In this document: piece by piece, positions 21,528 to 31,612 of the stretch | How the letters are laid out: the number at the start of each line of letters is the position of its first letter | Numbering within the stretch: position 1 is the stretch's first letter | Assembly: GCA_041483895.1 (NCBI GenBank) | Contig: JBGPGO010000003.1 | Location: 1-64,000, forward strand | Source of the DNA: Fimbriimonadia bacterium | Lineage (GTDB): Bacteria; Armatimonadota; Fimbriimonadia; Fimbriimonadales; JABRVX01 | DNA: 64,000 bases | Direction: 5' to 3' | Notes under the pieces: generated by a model | Database searches by the model: none | What the model saw: only the letters and a program-made list of their open reading frames with translations | Told to the model about the DNA's origin: nothing | Made by a program: the position numbers and the translations under genes

Positions 21528-22381
21528 GTTAGTGGGATATCTTCGCCGTGATGCTCGATCGTGTGGGCAATGACGGGATCGTCCGGAAATCGCTGGATGC
21601 CCTGTTGCGCCCACTTAAACGCCAGGTCCGCGCGGCCCTCTTTCCGATAGAGGAGCACCAACCACCGGTAGGCATCGACAATCGAGTCCTTCTCGAATTC
21701 GTTGCGGGCCGGCCTCTGGGCGTTGCGAACAGCGGCCAGGAGATAGTGTTCCGCAGGACCCGTCAGCCCGGCCTTCGTAAACAACGCACGGCCATACTCG
21801 GTGGGCAGGGCGATGCTCGTCGGATTATTCTTGACGCCCTCGCGCAAGAAAGAGATCATTTCCCCGACGTTGTTGTGGTCGGATGCATAGATCACGAAGG
21901 AGCCGATCACATATCCGGGCACAAAGTTGGGCTCTGCCCAGGTCATGAATCGATACAGGGGCAGGGTCTCCCGAAGGGGCCGGTGCTTGTGTCCCCCGAC
22001 CGGGAAATACGGCTTGACCGCACGTTCCCAATCCCCCAGAATCCCGCGCGTGTCCTGCGTTGCGTCGGGAATGACAGACGTTTCGCCCTCATGCGCGCAC
22101 TCTACATTGTCGCCGCTCGACGCGCCCGCCAATCCGGAAGCCTTTTCCCGGTCGGTCATCGGCCTCATCGCCATGCCGCCGTGAATGTACTCATCCGCTT
22201 TCGCCCAAAGGTAGGACGAAAGCCCGTTCCGGAATTCGCCAACGAGAGATGTCGCGGGCTTGTCTTCGTAGACTTCGAGCGCCGCCTGATTTTCCGGCCG
22301 CTGCATCTGCTCCGGAATCGCGACGCGCACGAGGAAGCCGCTGGTCCAAAGCGCGGCGAGAGCGAGCAGGAACCGAACCAA
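21515..22381 (-). CDS. Membrane-anchored TPR-like protein of the ABC operon
   Basis: N-terminal hydrophobic segment, helical repeats (FLREGVKNNP, AQQGIQRFPDD); TTG start inferred. Confidence 0.7.
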   Translation of the reverse strand: MVRFLLALAALWTSGFLVRVAIPEQMQRPENQAALEVYEDKPATSLVGEFRNGLSSYLWAKADEYIHGGMAMRPMTDREKASGLAGASSGDNVECAHEGETSVIPDATQDTRGILGDWERAVKPYFPVGGHKHRPLRETLPLYRFMTWAEPNFVPGYVIGSFVIYASDHNNVGEMISFLREGVKNNPTSIALPTEYGRALFTKAGLTGPAEHYLLAAVRNAQRPARNEFEKDSIVDAYRWLVLLYRKEGRADLAFKWAQQGIQRFPDDPVIAHTIEHHGEDIPLTQSD

Positions 22382-22382
22382 A

Positions 22383-23159
22383 CTACAGGACCGCCTTGCG
22401 GAACCGCAGCCACCCGACGCCCAGCCACAGGAAACTTCCCAATATCCCATAGGCGGCCAATGACAACACGATGACCGCGCCAATCGGAGGCCACGCGTAC
22501 GTCACTTTCGCGCCGAGATCGAAGAAGTCGTAGTGTGGCAGCAGGCCGTAGAGGAAGTTGAGCGAGGCGCCGGTCGCGCCGGTTTCGCCGTGCCAGAGAA
22601 GCGTGAAGCGAGTGAAGATCCCGGAGCCGAACGCCAGGATGAGGCAGATCGTGATGTTCGCGGCGGGAGTCATGTAGACGGAAAGGGCCACCGTCATCGC
22701 CGACAGCCACAGAAGTCCGACCTGTTTGAGCAGCAGATACTGATAAAAGATCGGCCCGACCGGAATGCCGAACGCCATCAACAACGCTCGTCCGAGCGCC
22801 GCCAACACCAGGAAACAGAGGATAGAGGTTATGCTCGCGGTCAGCCATTTTCCCAACAGTATCTGCCACCGCGTGATCGGCCGGGCCATCAGCGGATAGA
22901 TGGTTTTGCGCGCGATCTCTTCGGGCACCTGCCGGCCCGCGATCATGATGGTGAGGATCGTGGAGAAGACACCAATTGCCGAGAGGGTCACGTCTCGGAT
23001 GAAAACTTCCAGGCCGCGCACCCCAAAGAACCCAAACATCCACGCGCCGGCCACCATCAGAACCGTCAAGATCAGAACGACATACAGGTCCTTGCGACGG
23101 AGAGTTTCCAGCAGCCCCGCGACGATAAAGGCCTTGCAGATTTGCATCGTTCTCGTCAT
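22383..23159 (-). CDS. ABC-2 type transporter permease
   Basis: EIARKTIYPLMARPITRWQILLGKW; about six TMs; ATGA overlap with the ATPase. Confidence 0.9.
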   Translation of the reverse strand: MTRTMQICKAFIVAGLLETLRRKDLYVVLILTVLMVAGAWMFGFFGVRGLEVFIRDVTLSAIGVFSTILTIMIAGRQVPEEIARKTIYPLMARPITRWQILLGKWLTASITSILCFLVLAALGRALLMAFGIPVGPIFYQYLLLKQVGLLWLSAMTVALSVYMTPAANITICLILAFGSGIFTRFTLLWHGETGATGASLNFLYGLLPHYDFFDLGAKVTYAWPPIGAVIVLSLAAYGILGSFLWLGVGWLRFRKAVL

Positions 23160-23911
23160 GCGGCCGCCTCGCACAGCGGGTCCACGCCGGACTGGACCAT
23201 GGCGATGAAATAGTCCTCGACCGACCTGACGCGTCCGCGCAATTCCGACACCGTCCGCTCGGCGATGAGGCGGCCCTGATGGATGACGAGAATGCGATCG
23301 CAAAGCGATTCCACTTCGCTGATATCGTGCGATGAGAAGAATACGGTAACTCCATTTGACCGCTGGCGCTGCATCAAATCGCGCAGGTCTCGACGACCGA
23401 CCGGGTCCAGGCCGGAGGACATCTCGTCCATGATGAGCAGCCGCGGTTCGCAGAGCAGGGCCTGGGCGATGCCGACCCGCTGCAGCATCCCTTTCGATAG
23501 CTGCCGATTTAGGGTCCGCGCGCGATCACTGATGCCTACCTCTTCCAAGAGTGCTTCAATCCGGTGTCTCAGGGTCTTGCCGGATAGGCCATTCAGCTGC
23601 CCGTAGAGGCGGAGGGTCTCGAAGGGGGTCAGGTATGGGGAGTAGGTTGCGGTTTCCGGCAGGAAGCCGATCTTGCTGCGGGCTTCCACGTTTCCCACGG
23701 GCAGGTCGAAGATTTGGATGGCGCCGGAGGTAAGCGGCTGGAACCCCATGAGCCCCTTGATTGTCGAGGTCTTGCCCGCGCCGTTGACGCCAAGGAATCC
23801 GACGATTTCCGCCTTGCCGACTTGGAAGGATAGGCTGTTTACCGCCCGGATCGGTTTTCGGAAGGCCCTTTTGTACTCGATGACCAGGTTTTCTACCAGG
23901 ATGGGTGTCAT
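23156..23911 (-). CDS. ABC transporter ATP-binding protein
   Basis: Walker A GVNGAGKT, signature LSKGM, Walker B LLIMDE, SSH. Confidence 0.95.
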   Translation of the reverse strand: MTPILVENLVIEYKRAFRKPIRAVNSLSFQVGKAEIVGFLGVNGAGKTSTIKGLMGFQPLTSGAIQIFDLPVGNVEARSKIGFLPETATYSPYLTPFETLRLYGQLNGLSGKTLRHRIEALLEEVGISDRARTLNRQLSKGMLQRVGIAQALLCEPRLLIMDEMSSGLDPVGRRDLRDLMQRQRSNGVTVFFSSHDISEVESLCDRILVIHQGRLIAERTVSELRGRVRSVEDYFIAMVQSGVDPLCEAAA

Positions 23912-24000
23912 GTTGCTCCTGGTATGTTTTCCTTGCCAGGCGAGACCATTGGCTGGTATTGTCGCCCGTTTCTGAAGCTGCTGTGGTAGTCTGGCATGCG

Positions 24001-24303
24001 ATGTATCCCGTGCGACAACAGACCAGCGGCCTTGCCATCGCCTCGCTCGTGTGCGGATTGATCGGCTGCCTTTCCCATGGGATGGCGGCCATTCCCGGCC
24101 TGATGTTGGGGATCATGGCGGTGAAGGAGATCGATCGGAGCGGCGGGATGAAGTCCGGTCGGGAGATGGCGATGGCCGGAATCATCCTCTCAGCAATAGA
24201 GATCGTGCTGTTCACGATTCTGCTGATCTTGGGGATAGCCATCTTCAGCATCTTTGGTTCGCACATAGTCCAGCCCGTCGTTGACCTCTCGCAGCCGAAG
24301 TAG
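24001..24303 (+). CDS. DUF4190-type membrane protein
   Basis: TSGLAIASLVCG...LG..A.KEI.RSGG..GR.MA.AGIILS. Confidence 0.85.
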   Translation: MYPVRQQTSGLAIASLVCGLIGCLSHGMAAIPGLMLGIMAVKEIDRSGGMKSGREMAMAGIILSAIEIVLFTILLILGIAIFSIFGSHIVQPVVDLSQPK

Positions 24304-24409
24304 TACCGCCAAATTCGTGTTTTTTCATTGATGATTGCATCTTCAACCTAGGGATTCTTCCGGAGTGCTCTTGACGATCCGATCGACAATGAAATCCGCA
24401 ATTTCAGCT

Positions 24410-25399
24410 TTATCGGCGCGCTGGCCCGCGCCTAACGGTTGTGATGACTTCGCAAACAAGTTCCTGCAGCAGCTTTTGGCATCGCTCCAATCCGGTCAGG
24501 CTCATTCGCACCCGTGGGAGGTGCACGCCGTCGGAGGGTAGGGCGACGGAGACGGTCGGGGCGAGCGGGGTGAAGAGGACCGTTTGGCTGCCGGAGCGGG
24601 CGGATGAAAGATGGAATTCGACGCCTTGGGCGGCGAGCCTATCGGCTAGGGCGATGCCGAATGTGGGGTCGATGAAGTTGCGGCCCTCGAAGATGCGAAT
24701 GGCCGGCAGGTCGAGGCGGCCTTCGCCGATGTTCTCGATCCAGGGCACATCCGCGTTGACGACCAGGTTCAGGCGCGGGCAGTTGCGATCCAGGAAGGTG
24801 ACCGCTTTGCGCGCCACATCCATCGCGCATTCTTCGGCCATCACGCAGATCGCCGCCACATCCGGGCGGTTGAGTGTGCGGACGGCCTCGATGACGGCAT
24901 AGAGGGTGACGCGGGGGTCGAGGGCCTTGCCTTCAATGATGTCGCCATCGTAGGTTGTGGTTTCTTTGAACGTCCATCCGGTCCGGTAGGGCCGCACCCC
25001 TTCGCCTCGGACCATGAGACGCTCCTCGTCCACCTGGCGCGCTTCGATCGAGAACGGCTCGCCGCCGAGATAGTCGAAGCCCTGCAGGGGCGTGTTGCGG
25101 TAGGTTTCCGGTTTATTGCCCCAGAAGCGGGCGTTGAACCAGCCGTCTTCGGCGGGTCCGTACGCGATGCCGCCGATCTCGTCCATGTGGGCGACCAGGA
25201 CGGCACGTATCTCCTCTGGCCGCGCTCCTTCCCTTTGGAACATCGCGAAGCCGTCGGGGACCTCGGTGCAGGCGAAGCCATGCATGCGCCCTTTGAGAAT
25301 TTTGATGACGGGGTAACAGGCGGTGCCGATGCTGGGCGCTTCGGTAAGGGCGGAGAGGAATTGGCGGTCGATCACGGGCGTAATGTACCGCAGCGGCAT
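24410..25399 (-). CDS. M42/M20-like metallopeptidase
   Basis: VAHMDEIG, GKALDPR, AEE, ADV, GVH metal-ligand motifs. Confidence 0.8.
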   Translation of the reverse strand: MPLRYITPVIDRQFLSALTEAPSIGTACYPVIKILKGRMHGFACTEVPDGFAMFQREGARPEEIRAVLVAHMDEIGGIAYGPAEDGWFNARFWGNKPETYRNTPLQGFDYLGGEPFSIEARQVDEERLMVRGEGVRPYRTGWTFKETTTYDGDIIEGKALDPRVTLYAVIEAVRTLNRPDVAAICVMAEECAMDVARKAVTFLDRNCPRLNLVVNADVPWIENIGEGRLDLPAIRIFEGRNFIDPTFGIALADRLAAQGVEFHLSSARSGSQTVLFTPLAPTVSVALPSDGVHLPRVRMSLTGLERCQKLLQELVCEVITTVRRGPARR

Positions 25400-25457
25400 G
25401 AATCCTCCTGTTCCGTACAATGCTGCTCCGCAAGCTGCCAACAAGTCCTAATGGAGG

Positions 25458-25503
25458 TGGTAATAACCATGTATTGCATTATTGCCATTTAGTGTGATAG
25501 AAT
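25458..25503 (+). promoter_or_regulatory. Putative TA promoter with inverted-repeat operator
   Basis: TGGTAATAA-N12-TTATTGCCA overlapping TTGCAT; extended -10 TGnTAGAAT. Confidence 0.5.
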
Positions 25504-25564
25504 GACTAACGCTTCGAGCCTCCCCCGATCAAAAAAGGATTCTTTATAGATGAAATAATTAGCA

Positions 25565-25855
25565 ATGATGCTACATCGGGAGGCGGAAGCGGAGCTAGAT
25601 GCGTTGACACCGCATCGGAGGTTCGAAATCTGTTCGGCGCTGGTGGTCGCAGAGTGGCAGGGACTATCCTCTGAATTGATTCGGGCAGAGCGATTGCCAA
25701 ACGAGATGTGGAAGATTGTTGCAGGGGACTTGGTAAGTTTTGGGGTTTTGCGGAGGAACGCACGATTCGTACTGTTTTGTGTCGGTGAATTGTCCAATGA
25801 AGACCGTTTGTATGGTGTAGCGAAACAACGTGCAAAGGACCGAAGAAGAAGATAG
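25565..25855 (+). CDS. Putative RelE/HigB-like toxin
   Basis: H.EA..EL..L N-helix, ~96 aa, basic C-terminal helix, directly upstream of an XRE gene. Confidence 0.55.
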   Translation: MMLHREAEAELDALTPHRRFEICSALVVAEWQGLSSELIRAERLPNEMWKIVAGDLVSFGVLRRNARFVLFCVGELSNEDRLYGVAKQRAKDRRRR

Positions 25856-26283
25856 TGAAAACGCTTGACCAATACTTAGAAAAACAGTTTGCAACGGACC
25901 CAACTTTCCGGAGCGAGTTTGATAGGATCATGCGGGCTCGGGAAGCCGTTTCGGAGCTTGTCAATCGGCGCAAGGTTGCCGGTATCTCTCAAGAAGAGTT
26001 GGCCAGGCAGTTGGGTATCTCCCAATCCCGATTATCCACCCTCGAGCGTGATGAAATGATCTACAGCAAGAAGCTGCAGGCCGAATATAATCGCGCGCTT
26101 AAAACACTAGAAAAAGAAATGAAGGTTCGGGCGGTTGGGGATTATGAGCCGAGGACCGAGGTCTTGACCATCCGAGTCTCAAAGGCGGAGAAGCAGCGGC
26201 TGGTCGAGCTGGCGGGGGATAAGCGGAGCCTTGCGGACTACATCCGCCGCGCCAGCCTAAGACCGGCTTCGAAGAAACGCTAG
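25855..26283 (+). CDS. HigA-like XRE HTH antitoxin with extra C-terminal RHH-like domain
   Basis: DP.FR.EF, RRKVAGISQEELARQLGISQSRLSTLE; RTEVLTIRVSKAEKQRL..LA..RSLADYIR. Confidence 0.8.
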   Translation: MKTLDQYLEKQFATDPTFRSEFDRIMRAREAVSELVNRRKVAGISQEELARQLGISQSRLSTLERDEMIYSKKLQAEYNRALKTLEKEMKVRAVGDYEPRTEVLTIRVSKAEKQRLVELAGDKRSLADYIRRASLRPASKKR

Positions 26284-26540
26284 CATTGGCGGTTCGGGCC
26301 GGCCAACGTTCGTACACGGGCGGATACGCTACCGAATCGGCTCCGGGGCTCGGAGACGCCTCCATCGGACTCTTTTGTCCGCTTCCGCCGAAACTGGGCG
26401 GAGCAATTCTGGCCGGCCAGCTCCCGGTGATTCGGTCTCTCAACGGCACGCAGCACGAAGGGGCGGTGATCACGCTGTCGCTGTCACGATCGTTCTAGAC
26501 GGCTTTGACAGCGGGGGGCAACGGGGGTCAGAATTTAAGG

Positions 26541-27194
26541 ATGAAGCTAAAGAGTTCTTGGATTTTCGTTGCCTTGCTCGTTGTCGGCTGTTCGCCGAAT
26601 GAGGGCTCTTCCTCCAGCAAAACCCAAGCGCTGAAGCGGCCTCCGGCAAAGCCCTATGTCCCCAAGCCCGGCGAGACGGTCGTCAAGTTTACGTTTGAGA
26701 CCACAACGGACCCTGTTCTTGGCAACGGCGACGTATACATTCGGCTCCTCACGGAAGATGCCCCGATGACCTGCGCCCATATCCTTGATCTCGTGAGGAA
26801 GGGGTTCTACAAGGGCATTCTCGTCCATCGCGTTATGACGGAACTGAACTTCAAAATAACCCAATTCGGCAATGCGGCGACCAAAGATGGCACGATCGAC
26901 CAAAATCGTCCGGAGGTGGGATCGGGGGTTAGCGTCCCGCGCGAACCAAACAAACACAAGCATGTTGCCGGCGCGGTTGCGCTTGCGAGATCGGACGATC
27001 CAAATGGTGGCGATTCGCAGCTTTACATCTGTTTCGTCGACATTCCGCACTTAGATGCCGGCTACACGGTCTTCGGCGAAGTGGCGCAGGGATTGGACGT
27101 TGCGGAGGGTCTTGGCAAGGGAAGCAAGGTCATGGACTGCTCGGTCGTGCAAGATGCGAAGGCGGTCGGCGCCGGCGGGGACAAGAAGAAATAG
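26541..27194 (+). CDS. Cyclophilin-type peptidyl-prolyl isomerase, lipoprotein
   Basis: LVVGC lipobox; APMT..HI..L...GFY.G...HRV, GAVALAR, SQ.YI, HLDAGYTVFGEV. Confidence 0.9.
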   Translation: MKLKSSWIFVALLVVGCSPNEGSSSSKTQALKRPPAKPYVPKPGETVVKFTFETTTDPVLGNGDVYIRLLTEDAPMTCAHILDLVRKGFYKGILVHRVMTELNFKITQFGNAATKDGTIDQNRPEVGSGVSVPREPNKHKHVAGAVALARSDDPNGGDSQLYICFVDIPHLDAGYTVFGEVAQGLDVAEGLGKGSKVMDCSVVQDAKAVGAGGDKKK

Positions 27195-27312
27195 CTACGA
27201 TTGCGGGCCGTTGGAAGCGGCTTTTGGACCGAATGGCATGAAATCGTGAAACTGTATCGTACGCCGCGCTTGTCTTGATAGCGGGGATCTTCGGTCCCAG
27301 GAGGCTCGGAAT

Positions 27313-29433
27313 ATGAAGACGGTTCTTTCGGCGCTGTTTGCGGTTGGTGCATTTGCGGGTGCTTGGCCACAGTCGTCGTCGTCGGGCGATGATGACGTTT
27401 GCAAGCGGGCTGCCATGTCCCGGATGCTTTGGGTCGATGAGGATGACAACGCCGTCCATTCCGCCGCCGCAACCGACACCGATGTGCTCCACTACAGCTT
27501 GGATATCGAGATCATTCCGACGGGAAGCTCCATAACCGGCAACAACACCATGACCGTGAAGAGTCTGGTCAACAACCTGACCGTCTTCGAATTTCGACTT
27601 CGCAGCAGCTTTACGATATCCGCTCTCAAGGTAGACGGCATCAATCGGACCTGGACACAGATTTCGACGACGACGGCCTCCGTGAATCTTGGGAAGAGCT
27701 ATAACGCGGGCGACGTTTTCACGCTCTACGTCGCCTACTCGGGTGTGCCTGCGCAGGGACTCGGATTTGGTTCGATCACATATACTTCGCAGGGCGGATT
27801 TCCTCTCGTTTTTACGCTGAGCGAGCCATTTTATGCCTATACTTGGTGGCCTGCGAAGGACGAAAACACCGATAAAGCGACCGTCGATTTGAGATTTACC
27901 GTGCCAAATACGTTGACTGTCGTCTCCAATGGCCGATTGATCTCCACCGACACGGTGACCGGGAACAAGTTGAAATATTACTGGAAGACCGATTATCCGA
28001 TCGTCACGTACCTCGTCTTCTTCTCCGCCGGACGATATAACAAGTTCACCGGCACTTACACATACGATGGCGGCACCATGCCATGCGAATACTATATCTA
28101 TCCTGGTTCGGACTCGACGGCAAATCGGAACGCATGGCTCAAATCGATCGACATGCTGGCGGGGTTTGGTACGAAATATGGTCTATTTCCCTTCCTCGAC
28201 GATAAATACGGCATCTATCAATTTGGATTCGGCGGAGGCATGGAGCATCAGACGTGCACGGGCCAAGGCAGCTTCGGTGAATCGTTGACGGCGCATGAAG
28301 AATCGCATCACTGGTGGGGCGACAACGTGACCTGCGCAAAATGGAACGACATCTGGCTGAATGAAGGCTTTGCCACCTATTCCGAAGCGATTTGGGAGGA
28401 GGTCAAATCGGGCGGCAGCTTCGCGGCTTACAAGAGCGAAATGGCAAATAACCGGCCCAGCAACACTGGGGTTACTGTCTACCGGTACGACATCTCGAAC
28501 GTCAACACCATTTTTGACAGCAACGCGGTGTATGAAAAGGGAGCGTGGGTCGTGCATATGCTGCGCCACGTTCTGGGCGATTACACGTTCTTCAATACCC
28601 TCGCGGAATATCGAAACGAATTTCAGGGCGGCTCAGCGATCACGGACGATTTGAGCAACGTGGTGTCAATGGTTTCAGGCCGAAACATGGCGTACTTCTT
28701 TAACCAATGGATATATGATGATGGCGCGCCGACCTATCAGTACGGTTGGAAGAACTATTCCGTCAACGGCCGCAACTTCGTCGATCTGTATATCAAGCAG
28801 ACTCAATCGGCGTCGTATCCGATCTTCAACATGCCGATCGATGTTCAGGCAACCATCGGCGTAGCAAAGCCCGTCTATGTCGTGGTGAATGATGCCCAGG
28901 CGGAAAACCTGCTGTTTGAAACGTCCGGCACGCCGACGGCGATCGCGCTTGACCCGGATGTTTGGATCCTCAACAATGGGAAGTCATCGATTTCCTTTGT
29001 GGAAGGACCGCCAAAGGTGGTAGCGCTGTCTCCGGCGAAGGGCTCCATCTTTGGGCCCAGTCAATTCACGAACATCAAGGTTACGTTCCACAAGCCGGTG
29101 AACGCAACTGCCGCCGACTTCTCGCTCGTTGGAAACACAACAGGCGCAATTCCGTTTACAATGAGCTACGATGGCGTCACAAACACGGCGACGATCACCC
29201 CCACCGGCACGCTCACCCAGCAAGCGTACACCTTCACCGCAAAGGCCACGATTACCGACACGGCTGCGCACAAGGCGCTGGACGGCGAATATGGGTTGCC
29301 GAGCGGAGACGGTCTGCCGGGTGGTGATTTCGTAATGCAGCTCTCCGTTGCCCCGTTATATCCCGCGAATGCGACTCAGCACAATGGCGGAGGCTTGCAG
29401 ACCCTGGCGACTCCGCCGCACACAGGAGGCTAG
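27313..29433 (+). CDS. Secreted M1 aminopeptidase with C-terminal Ig-like domain
   Basis: GGMEH, HEESHHWWGD.VT..W.DIWLNEGFATY, YEKGAWV.HMLR. Confidence 0.93.
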   Translation: MKTVLSALFAVGAFAGAWPQSSSSGDDDVCKRAAMSRMLWVDEDDNAVHSAAATDTDVLHYSLDIEIIPTGSSITGNNTMTVKSLVNNLTVFEFRLRSSFTISALKVDGINRTWTQISTTTASVNLGKSYNAGDVFTLYVAYSGVPAQGLGFGSITYTSQGGFPLVFTLSEPFYAYTWWPAKDENTDKATVDLRFTVPNTLTVVSNGRLISTDTVTGNKLKYYWKTDYPIVTYLVFFSAGRYNKFTGTYTYDGGTMPCEYYIYPGSDSTANRNAWLKSIDMLAGFGTKYGLFPFLDDKYGIYQFGFGGGMEHQTCTGQGSFGESLTAHEESHHWWGDNVTCAKWNDIWLNEGFATYSEAIWEEVKSGGSFAAYKSEMANNRPSNTGVTVYRYDISNVNTIFDSNAVYEKGAWVVHMLRHVLGDYTFFNTLAEYRNEFQGGSAITDDLSNVVSMVSGRNMAYFFNQWIYDDGAPTYQYGWKNYSVNGRNFVDLYIKQTQSASYPIFNMPIDVQATIGVAKPVYVVVNDAQAENLLFETSGTPTAIALDPDVWILNNGKSSISFVEGPPKVVALSPAKGSIFGPSQFTNIKVTFHKPVNATAADFSLVGNTTGAIPFTMSYDGVTNTATITPTGTLTQQAYTFTAKATITDTAAHKALDGEYGLPSGDGLPGGDFVMQLSVAPLYPANATQHNGGGLQTLATPPHTGG

Positions 29434-30458
29434 GTCCGAATCTCTTCGAGTTGGCGGATGGCATATCGGTCCGTCATGCCAGCGATGTGGTCGCAGATGT
29501 CCCGTGGAGGATCCGATTCGCCGACCGCCGGTTTGGGTAGTTCGTCGGGGTGGATCAGATAGTAGTCGAACAGCGCGTGAACCGTCCGCTTGGCTTCCCG
29601 TACCTTGTCTAGGATGCGCGGATGGAAATAGACCTGCGTGAACATGAATTCTTTTAAATCGTTCATGGTAGATTCCATCCCCCCGCTCAGCAGCATCCGA
29701 TCCCCCTCTCCCGTTGTGTAGATCAGGTCTGACACCATTGCTGTGATCCGCTCGCTGTTGCCGGTCCCCAACGCGGCCGCGAATCGCGGCGGTAGATCGC
29801 GCTCGGAGAGATAGTGTGCCCGGAAGGCATCATCGAGATCGTGATTGAGATAGGCGATGCGGTCGCACACCCGAACCACGTCCGCCTCCATCAAATCTTG
29901 CGACGCTCCTGATTCCATGGCAAGATCCGCCCGGCCTTTCGAATGCCCACGAATTCCGTCCAGCGTCTCGTATGTCAGGTTGAGCCCATGGCCATCGCGT
30001 TCCAACACCCGCACGACCCGGAGCGACTGTTCGTAGTGGCGAAAAGACCGACTGGGATCGATGGCTCGCAACGCTTCATCCAAGGCCTCTTCTCCCGCGT
30101 GACCGAAGGGCGGATGCCCGAGATCATGGCCCAAGGCAATCGCCTCGGTCAGGTCTTCGTTTAGCCTCAGCGCGCGGGCGACCGTCCGGCTGATTTGCGC
30201 GACCTCCAGCGTATGCGTGAGGCGGGTGCGGTAGTGGTCGCCGTCCGGATTGATGAACACCTGGGTTTTGTGTTTCAGGCGCCGGAACGCTTTTGAATGA
30301 AGAAGTCGGTCGCGGTCGCGTTGGAAGCAGGTGCGGATCGGATCCGGAAGCTCTTCCTTTTCCCTGCCCCGGCTGAGGCGCGCCTTCGCGGCATGTGGCG
30401 AGAGGATTTCCAGCTCAAGAAGTTCACTCCGTTCGCGAATTGACGGCAACTCGGTCAT
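29430..30458 (-). CDS. dgt: dGTP triphosphohydrolase-like HD protein
   Basis: FQRDRDR..HSKAFRRLKHKTQVF, RTRLTHTLEV, HDLGHPPFGHAGE, IAGMTDRYA. Confidence 0.93.
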   Translation of the reverse strand: MTELPSIRERSELLELEILSPHAAKARLSRGREKEELPDPIRTCFQRDRDRLLHSKAFRRLKHKTQVFINPDGDHYRTRLTHTLEVAQISRTVARALRLNEDLTEAIALGHDLGHPPFGHAGEEALDEALRAIDPSRSFRHYEQSLRVVRVLERDGHGLNLTYETLDGIRGHSKGRADLAMESGASQDLMEADVVRVCDRIAYLNHDLDDAFRAHYLSERDLPPRFAAALGTGNSERITAMVSDLIYTTGEGDRMLLSGGMESTMNDLKEFMFTQVYFHPRILDKVREAKRTVHALFDYYLIHPDELPKPAVGESDPPRDICDHIAGMTDRYAIRQLEEIRT

Positions 30459-31611
30459 CCGAGCGCACCTCCACACGGCGCCCTAGCACGGTCTCATAGA
30501 CATCCAAGACACGTTCGGCGGTTTCCAACGGAGTCCACCGCGTTTGGTTGGACCGTCCGTTCTCGCCCATGGCGCGCAGCCTGGTGCGATCGCCTTCCAG
30601 CGCCTCCACCTGGTGCGCGAACGCTTCCACGCTGTCCTCCACTACGCAGCCGTCGACACCATCGCGGATGATCTCGTGCGCCCCTCCTCCGCGGACCGCG
30701 ATAGCGGGCAGTCCCATCACCTGCGCCTCCCCAATCACGAGGCCCTGCGTCTCGGTTGTCGAAGGAAACACAAACAGGTCCGCCGCGGAAAAGTAGACAT
30801 CGACCTGATCTCGCGATACCTGCCCCTCAAAAACGACGCGGCTGCCAATATCCCAATCAGAAACCACCTTTCCCTCAGCTTTGCGACCGGCCCCGCCACC
30901 GACCAGACGCAGCTTTGCATGCGGGATGGTGTTGTGCCAGCGGCGCATCGCGTGGAAGAGAAGCTCGAGATTTTTCTCCGGCGCGAGCCGGCCGACGTAC
31001 AGCATCGTGAACTCGTCGGCGGGGATCCCCAGCCGTTTGCGCGCCTCCTGCCTGTCTATGCGTGGCGGCACGGGGATGCCGGTGGGAATGATCGTAATCG
31101 GTTTTCGGACATCGTGGCGGAGAAGCGAATCCCGGCCCGCTTCCGACGGCGTGATGACGTGGTTCACGCGGTTATAGTAATAGTTCGTGTGTTTGGCAAT
31201 TTTGTAGGCGACGTAGTTGTGGGGGTAATACGGCACGTAATGGGCGTACTTGTCGTACAGCGTGTGGTAGGTCGAGACCAAAGGAATGCCAAACGATTCC
31301 GCCCATCGCAGCGCGCAAAATCCCACCGTGTATGGGGTGTGGGAATGGATGAGATCGAATTCTCGCCGCCGGAATCGGCGCAGGGTCCCGAGAAACGGCG
31401 GCAAGGCCATCGGATATCCCTTCGTCCAGGGGGTCATTGAGCTCCGGAACCGAATCACATCCGGGTCGGCGTCTTTGTGCCGTGGGAATGCCGGCGCAAA
31501 GACCGTGACATGCACGCCTTGCTCCAGCAGCTCGGTCACCAACGTGTGAATGGCAAGGCTGACGCCATTTATGACCGGCAGATAGCTGTCTGAGAATATG
31601 GCAATCTTCAA
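30424..31611 (-). CDS. GT4 glycosyltransferase (glycolipid synthase-like)
   Basis: KIAIFSDSYLP.INGV, STYHT.Y..Y.HY, VGRLA.EKN, ETQGLV..EA; TTG start inferred. Confidence 0.92.
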   Translation of the reverse strand: MKIAIFSDSYLPVINGVSLAIHTLVTELLEQGVHVTVFAPAFPRHKDADPDVIRFRSSMTPWTKGYPMALPPFLGTLRRFRRREFDLIHSHTPYTVGFCALRWAESFGIPLVSTYHTLYDKYAHYVPYYPHNYVAYKIAKHTNYYYNRVNHVITPSEAGRDSLLRHDVRKPITIIPTGIPVPPRIDRQEARKRLGIPADEFTMLYVGRLAPEKNLELLFHAMRRWHNTIPHAKLRLVGGGAGRKAEGKVVSDWDIGSRVVFEGQVSRDQVDVYFSAADLFVFPSTTETQGLVIGEAQVMGLPAIAVRGGGAHEIIRDGVDGCVVEDSVEAFAHQVEALEGDRTRLRAMGENGRSNQTRWTPLETAERVLDVYETVLGRRVEVRSDDRVAVNSRTE

Positions 31612-31612
31612 T

